DNA of 53,174 nt from Macrostomum lignano (Eukaryota): positions 1 through 53,174 of the forward strand of contig NIVC01004253.1 in the NCBI GenBank assembly GCA_002269645.1, in the 5' to 3' direction. Positions 47,641-53,174 of this stretch are shown piece by piece. A program made the position numbers and the translations under genes. The notes below the pieces were generated by a model. It saw nothing but the letters and a program-made list of their open reading frames with translations. It searched no databases and had not been told where the DNA came from. Position 1 is the stretch's first letter. Each line of letters opens with the position of its first letter.

Positions 47641-47806
47641 CTGCCTCGAAGATTTTAGTTAAGCCTCCTTTCCCCCATTTTTATTCTCCTTGATTTTAGT
47701 ATTAGGTGATTCGTATATTTTTATCTTAAAAGACGACCCTAAATAAATTTGTCCAAGTTCTATTTTCTCCGATTCGACTGCTGTAGAGAATATAACAATC
47801 AGCATC

Positions 47807-50800
47807 ATGAGCGACGTTTACAGCGCTGACAGACTGCTAGACAAGCGAGTTCGTTCAGTAAGTTTCATTACGCTCGTATGACTGCGTATACTTTATTATT
47901 TTCTGCTTTAATTTGTTTTTGACACTGATTTTGTCTATCGGTTTTACGTTTCATTATTATATGAGGTTAAAATGTGATCCAAAAAAGAAGAAAAATTGCA
48001 ACAAGTTACGCAACACAGTACAGTACAGCATCGGCATTCGGTCGGCATCCAAACTCTACTCTAGTCTGCTTTTTAGAAAGGATCTGATCCTATTCCTAAT
48101 GCGGGACTTTGTCACGTCCCATACATTTTACCGACCTGTCTGTTTCAAGCCTGCATCTGGTAGTGAAAGGGGGCCCCACGTAATGGGAGACTGGAATAGG
48201 AACGATGAAGTATGTTGCAGAATGTTCTAGCAGGAGCAGCAAATAGCGGCCAGAAGAACAAAGAAATTCGTATGGGGTCCTTGTTCTCCTAGACCCGAAC
48301 TTGTTCCGCTTGGTGCTTCAAGTTATATAGGCCTATGTAACCCCCTGCGGCTTTCCATTTTGTTTATTCAGGCCCACCCTTATAGACAGAACTGTCCGTC
48401 CCTCCATGTTCTGGGACTTAGAGCCGCTAGGTCCCCTTGTTCGCATGACTATCTATTTATCTCCATCATTCATCAATGTTCGAACCTCCGAGCTCCGATC
48501 TGCAGCGAAGTGATTGGAGCGTGGTAAATTCGGAATTCTCAGCAGTCCTTGTTGAAATCGATATCGATGCATCCAATCTCGTCATAATTATTTATTGTGT
48601 TCACGTATTTTTTAATATAGTGTCTGCATTATGGCATACACTCTGCACACTCGTTCACTTCAGGACCAGGTCTAAATCTCGTTCCTTTTTTGAGTTGTTG
48701 CCAGTCAGTTGCCACAAACGCACACGAATGAAAGGGAAAGGGGAAGACTGAAGGGGGGCGCGGGCAGGGGACGGAGGGGGATAGGGGACTAAGAGAGTAG
48801 AGTACATCTCTACCCCTCCCCGATCCCGAACGTGCATTGCATGCCTTCCCTTCCTCAACTTCGGTTCCGAAGCCTCCCCTCGGCCTCAGCTCACCCCTGC
48901 TCAATGCAGCTCACAGACAGACGGGCTGGGAGGCAATGGGAGTTTGAGCTGTAGTAGGCTTGGGATTTCGAGTATACATTTAGGAGAGAACTGCAGAGGG
49001 AATGAAGGAAGTCCCCGTGCTGTGGGGACAGCTTAAAGAGTAAGCTCTGTATGGACCCTCCATTCGCCTATAATATCCTTCAGTTCCTAGAATTTCACTT
49101 TCTCGTATATTTTGTCAACGCATATATAGTATTCATTAGTATAGTATAGTGTATATAATATAGTATAGTTCTGTTAATTGTCTATTGGAAAGGAATTTTT
49201 AAGTGCCAGGTGCCCGGTGCCCGGGGACTGATTGTCACAGGGTGGGGGTGAATGGATGGGTCCGGTTCGTATATAGTCAGTCTGTTTAGAGTGTAGAAAC
49301 TCCCTCCTCCATTTTGTGTTGATGTGCGCGCATACCCCTGGTGTGTGGTGCGGTTACGTCATCGCCACCCAGCCGGAGCTTTTCACGTTGGCTTGCACGC
49401 ATTGAAATTCATTTTATTGTATTTAGTTCCGAACTTAGTTTCGAACTTCTGCCCTTGGGTCTCTCCTCTCCCCTCCCCTGCGAACCACCGCAGACCCTAT
49501 TTAGTGTATAGGAGCCAGAACTGTGTGTGTGGCATAGCCATAGGGATAGCTTCAGACAGATTGCATCATTCACCAGGCCGCGAACACCCACAGCTGGGCC
49601 CAGCCCCCTCTGCCCCAGTCCATATATGTATAATATCCCTTTTCTAATTCCACCCCCTCTCCTCTCCGAATCAAGTTCGACGCCTAACAGCTGGGCAAGT
49701 CCTGTCTATGGCCAATATATCTGTGTTTTTTCATATGTAGGTATAGATTGAATTGCTGCTCACAGTACACGATTCCCTAGGGTGATGACGCCTTAAACAC
49801 AGCTTCTCGGCTGGCCAAAATTTCGCTTTGTTCCCCGCATGCCGTATCTCACTTTCACCTGTCATGGTTCGACTGGTTCTGTCTGTTCTGTTTCATTTCT
49901 GTCTGTTTGCTTAGAAATAATACTTCAGTTTTCTCGTTCACGTTAAATCGCTTCACTTTTCCCTCTCTTTCTCCCCTCTCTCTTATCCCCCACTGGCTGA
50001 CTTCTCCCATTGTTTCGTTCACCCAATTTCCGTTCCAACCGTTAGATTTTCAACACTCATTCTCCCCTGGATATTGTATAAGTAGGAAGGACTCTACCCA
50101 ATAGGGTGGCTTAGCTTTATGGATTCTACAAGTGAAAAAATTAAATGAAATGAAAACTGACAAAGAAAGCGGTTTTAAGGAAACGGAAATCGGGGGAAAA
50201 ATTGGGACTAACCCTATTTCTATTTTCTACAGTCTCGATGATGCATGCACAGTTTCCTATTTAAAAACAAGCATAGTAATGCTGCTCTGTGTATAGTGGC
50301 TTCATGGGAGGCAAAGCGTCACCACGAGGGGGGGGTCAGCTGACTACCTCTCAAGATATTTCAAATCTAGCTATAGATTCGTGAGTAGCGGCTAATATCC
50401 AATATCCCAAAGAAACATCCCGGGAGGAGCCTCTGTCGCACGAATGAAGTACATTTATTTTAGATGCCATTAGAATAAATAACTCCCGTATATATAATCA
50501 TATACTCATGAGGGATTCGTGCCCACACAGAAGCAGTCGAGTTCTTCCTATATATTGCTATCTAATGAGACTTCGCCCCGTCCTCGTGGGACGTGGGAGC
50601 TGATAGAACAGCCTTACCTCATCAAGCCATTGGGCTCTCTCTGTGTCTTCTCATTTACCTCTCAGCTGATGCTGTATAGGCGAGCTTCTCTTCTCCTCTT
50701 CGGAAATCTCCCTTGATCCTATCGATCCGCCTTCCGTGCATGCCTTCTATAATCTATAGTAGACTTATATAACTGACTGACCAAGTTTGAGTCATCATTC

Positions 50801-53174
50801 ATTATCAATTTAACTGGAACATCGATTCTTTCCTACTTTAGGCTATGGCTCCATTAATGCTTTTCAAATCTAGTTTATTTACTGATTTATTAAAAATATA
50901 ATTCCCATTAATAATCAATATCAATGTTTATATTCTCTTTTGCTCACGCAGGGTCGCACAGAGTACCTGGTAAAATGGAAAGGCTGGTCGGTCAAGTAAG
51001 TGAACAATGTTTATTATACCTGTTTAAATGCTGTTGCTATGCTAATAATAACCAAAATTATATATTTGTTTGTTTTAATTTTTTTCAACAGGGACAGCAC
51101 CTGGGAACCGGAGAAAAACATTCTGGACAAACGACTGATTCAAGAGTTCAATAAGTAAGATTTTTTACAATAAATAGTTCAATATCACGTGTTTATTGCA
51201 TGCTATGTATGAGTCTGGTGACGTCACTAGCTAGCTCGGGACACAGATTGAACGAATAATTGAATCCCATTTGGTGATTGTATAGTTAAACAGTTTCACT
51301 GTTTCTTTCGAATTTATAGTTGCTAAGGGAACTTGGTTGCCTATTTCGCCTCGAGATATATTTCCCTATTTTTAGTCCTCTATTATGCATAGTATAGTAT
51401 GCATAGCTAAAGATCGATTTCCACCCTGCCCGTCTCCCAGACATCCATCCCCTCGTGGCCCCGACTCCCCTAGATCGGCGGGGTCCAGGTTGAGAGCGAA
51501 ACTCTAAACTAACAATGGGTGAGGCCGAGTGGCGGCCCTAAGTCTCGGGTTACCAACCAACCAAGCCAGCCAACCAAACCGTGCAAACCCGCATAACATA
51601 TAAGAGAGGTGAGCTGAATGAGAATTGTGTCATGGCTAATGAGTGCTGTTCTCCGGCTACAGATGCTTTCTCCGGCTCCGGCTACTACAGATAAAAAGTC
51701 ATTAAATTAGATGCAGGTAGGCAGATAGGTAAGGCTAAGTTATAGTACAGATTCCTTATCTAAGCAGTAGGCTCCAACTTCTCAGTGGGTGGTCGGCCAA
51801 ATCATCCCTTATCCCTTCCCTGTACCCCAAGATCCTATAATTCCTATCCCGTGTCCTTATCTTTCTTAGAATCCTCTCACCAAATCCACCTATTTTTTGG
51901 ACAGCTCTCTGACTTTGCGCAAATATGGGGAGGGAGGCCTTTGGAGCTTTTTTATCTGCTGTACAACATCTTTTAAAGTCGTCAATTCTTTTGCCTCTTT
52001 GAATTTCCTGCAAACACTGAGACAGCTTGTAAAGCCTTGCTATGCCTTAGAATAGAGTATTCTCTGAGGCTTGGGCGGCTGGTATTCCTCCATTTCATCT
52101 ATTATTATTATATGTAGATTGCATAGAATTGGATAGGAATTGTGCTGCGTCCAATTTTTCTATGTATTGGCAGCCATTTTTCTTCTGCTTCTGCTTTTGC
52201 TTTTACGCTCAAAGAAAAAAGAAATGAATGCAGGAGGAGTTGGCAAAAAAGCAAGACGAGGGAACGACTAAGCCTAAGTATCACGAATTCAATTAGCGAG
52301 TCAGTCTGGCTGTGGGAGAATAACAAGGATGGGGATATTATTAGAGCTTTTGGTTCCTTTGCTTAGAGAGGAGCCGGTCCCTATCCCAGCTGAGCTTGCT
52401 AATGAAATGTGAGCGCTGACGGTTTTAGGGTTCGAGCTAGATACAGGATCTAGATAAGGAGCCCAGCCCGGTCCTGAGTTGGGACTCGGTGGGGAGGATC
52501 TGGGATAAATTGGATTCAGCTAGGAGGATCTGGGATAAATTGGGATTCAGATATGAGGATCTGGGATAAATTGGGATTCAGCTAGGAGGATCTGGGATAA
52601 ATTGGGATTCAGATATGAGGATCTGGGATAAATTGGGATTCAGATATGAGAATCTTGGGATAAATTGGTATTCAGCTAGCAGATTTGGATAAATTGGATT
52701 CAACTAGGAGATCTTGGGATAAATTGGGATTCGACTAGGAAGATCTGAGACTCAGATCTGGATCAATGCTAGTTTGGGTAGGTACATTTGAGATGCACTT
52801 GAGGTTTAGCTGGAAGATCTTCTGGAAGAAGTTAGTGCAACATCATCTCCACTATTCCAGGAAGCTGCATCAGAAGCAGCAGGACTCCAGCAGTGCCAGC
52901 ACTAGCGCCAGCAGTGCTAGCAGCAGCGCAGAAGACAGCAGCGCTGAAAGCAGCGGCAGCAGCGACAGCAGCAGCGACAGTGTCGATAGCCCGAAGCTCC
53001 ACCATCACCAGTACCTCCGCCTCCGCCGCCGACAGCAGCGACGAAGTCAAAGGCGGCCCTGCAGAAGCAGAAGAGCACCAGATTGCCCTCCAAGCCCTCT
53101 CCAGTTGGCAGCGTTGGCAAGCGCCTGGCCAGCAAGCTGGGCATCCGGGGCAGGAGAGTCTTCCCCACCGGCTG
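47807..53174 (+). CDS. Polycomb/CBX-family chromodomain protein, 3'-partial. Exons: 47807-47857, 50952-50995, 51092-51154, 52367-52408, 52861-window end
   Basis: Spliced N-terminus [53 protein letters not shown] is a Pc-class chromodomain with the aromatic cage (Y, W, W). GT-AG junctions in phase. Exons 4-5 are less certain, and exon 5 needs one extra C at ~52990. Confidence 0.85.
52492..52745. repeat. ~31-nt intronic minisatellite GGATCTGGGATAAATTGGGATTCAG(CTAGGA/ATATGA)
   Basis: Tandem units read directly. Confidence 0.9.

Noticed and set aside
51440-51525. HDV-like ribozyme (CCTCGTGG, stem-loop AGAG-CGAAA-CTCT, AATGGG)
   Set aside because: No G-rich 5' P1 strand can pair, so the nested double pseudoknot cannot be built
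52987-52992. Programmed ribosomal frameshift in the CBX gene
   Set aside because: No slippery heptamer; a C-homopolymer one base short is a typical consensus error

Overview
Eukaryotic (animal) genomic DNA containing five protein-coding genes. A synaptotagmin-like/granuphilin-type gene lies on the - strand (8 visible exons, 3' end outside the window). It is followed by an intronless R3H+SUZ (encore/ARPP21/R3HDM-type) gene (-), CEP104 (+, 4 exons), RPS6 (+, intronless CDS) and a Polycomb/CBX chromodomain gene (+, runs off the window end). Almost every intron carries its own minisatellite, and several non-autonomous DNA transposons are present (two hAT-type with perfect 8-bp TSDs, MITEs, mariner derivatives), plus tRNA-derived SINE-like heads. 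The style (minisatellite-filled introns, polyQ/polyA-rich proteins) resembles a Macrostomum-type flatworm; that is inference only. The main signal is an ~11-kb transposon graveyard (about 18.1-29.3 kb) between the divergent R3H and CEP104 genes. It is almost devoid of CpG and shows a strong CpA>TpA / TpG>TpA transition signature: four conserved mariner Trp codons read TAG/TAA, and duplicated segments differ almost only by transitions. This resembles fungal repeat-induced point mutation (RIP) in an animal, while repeats outside the domain keep their CpGs. Apparent single-base frameshifts in genes near both window ends look like consensus errors. All counts are hand counts and approximate.
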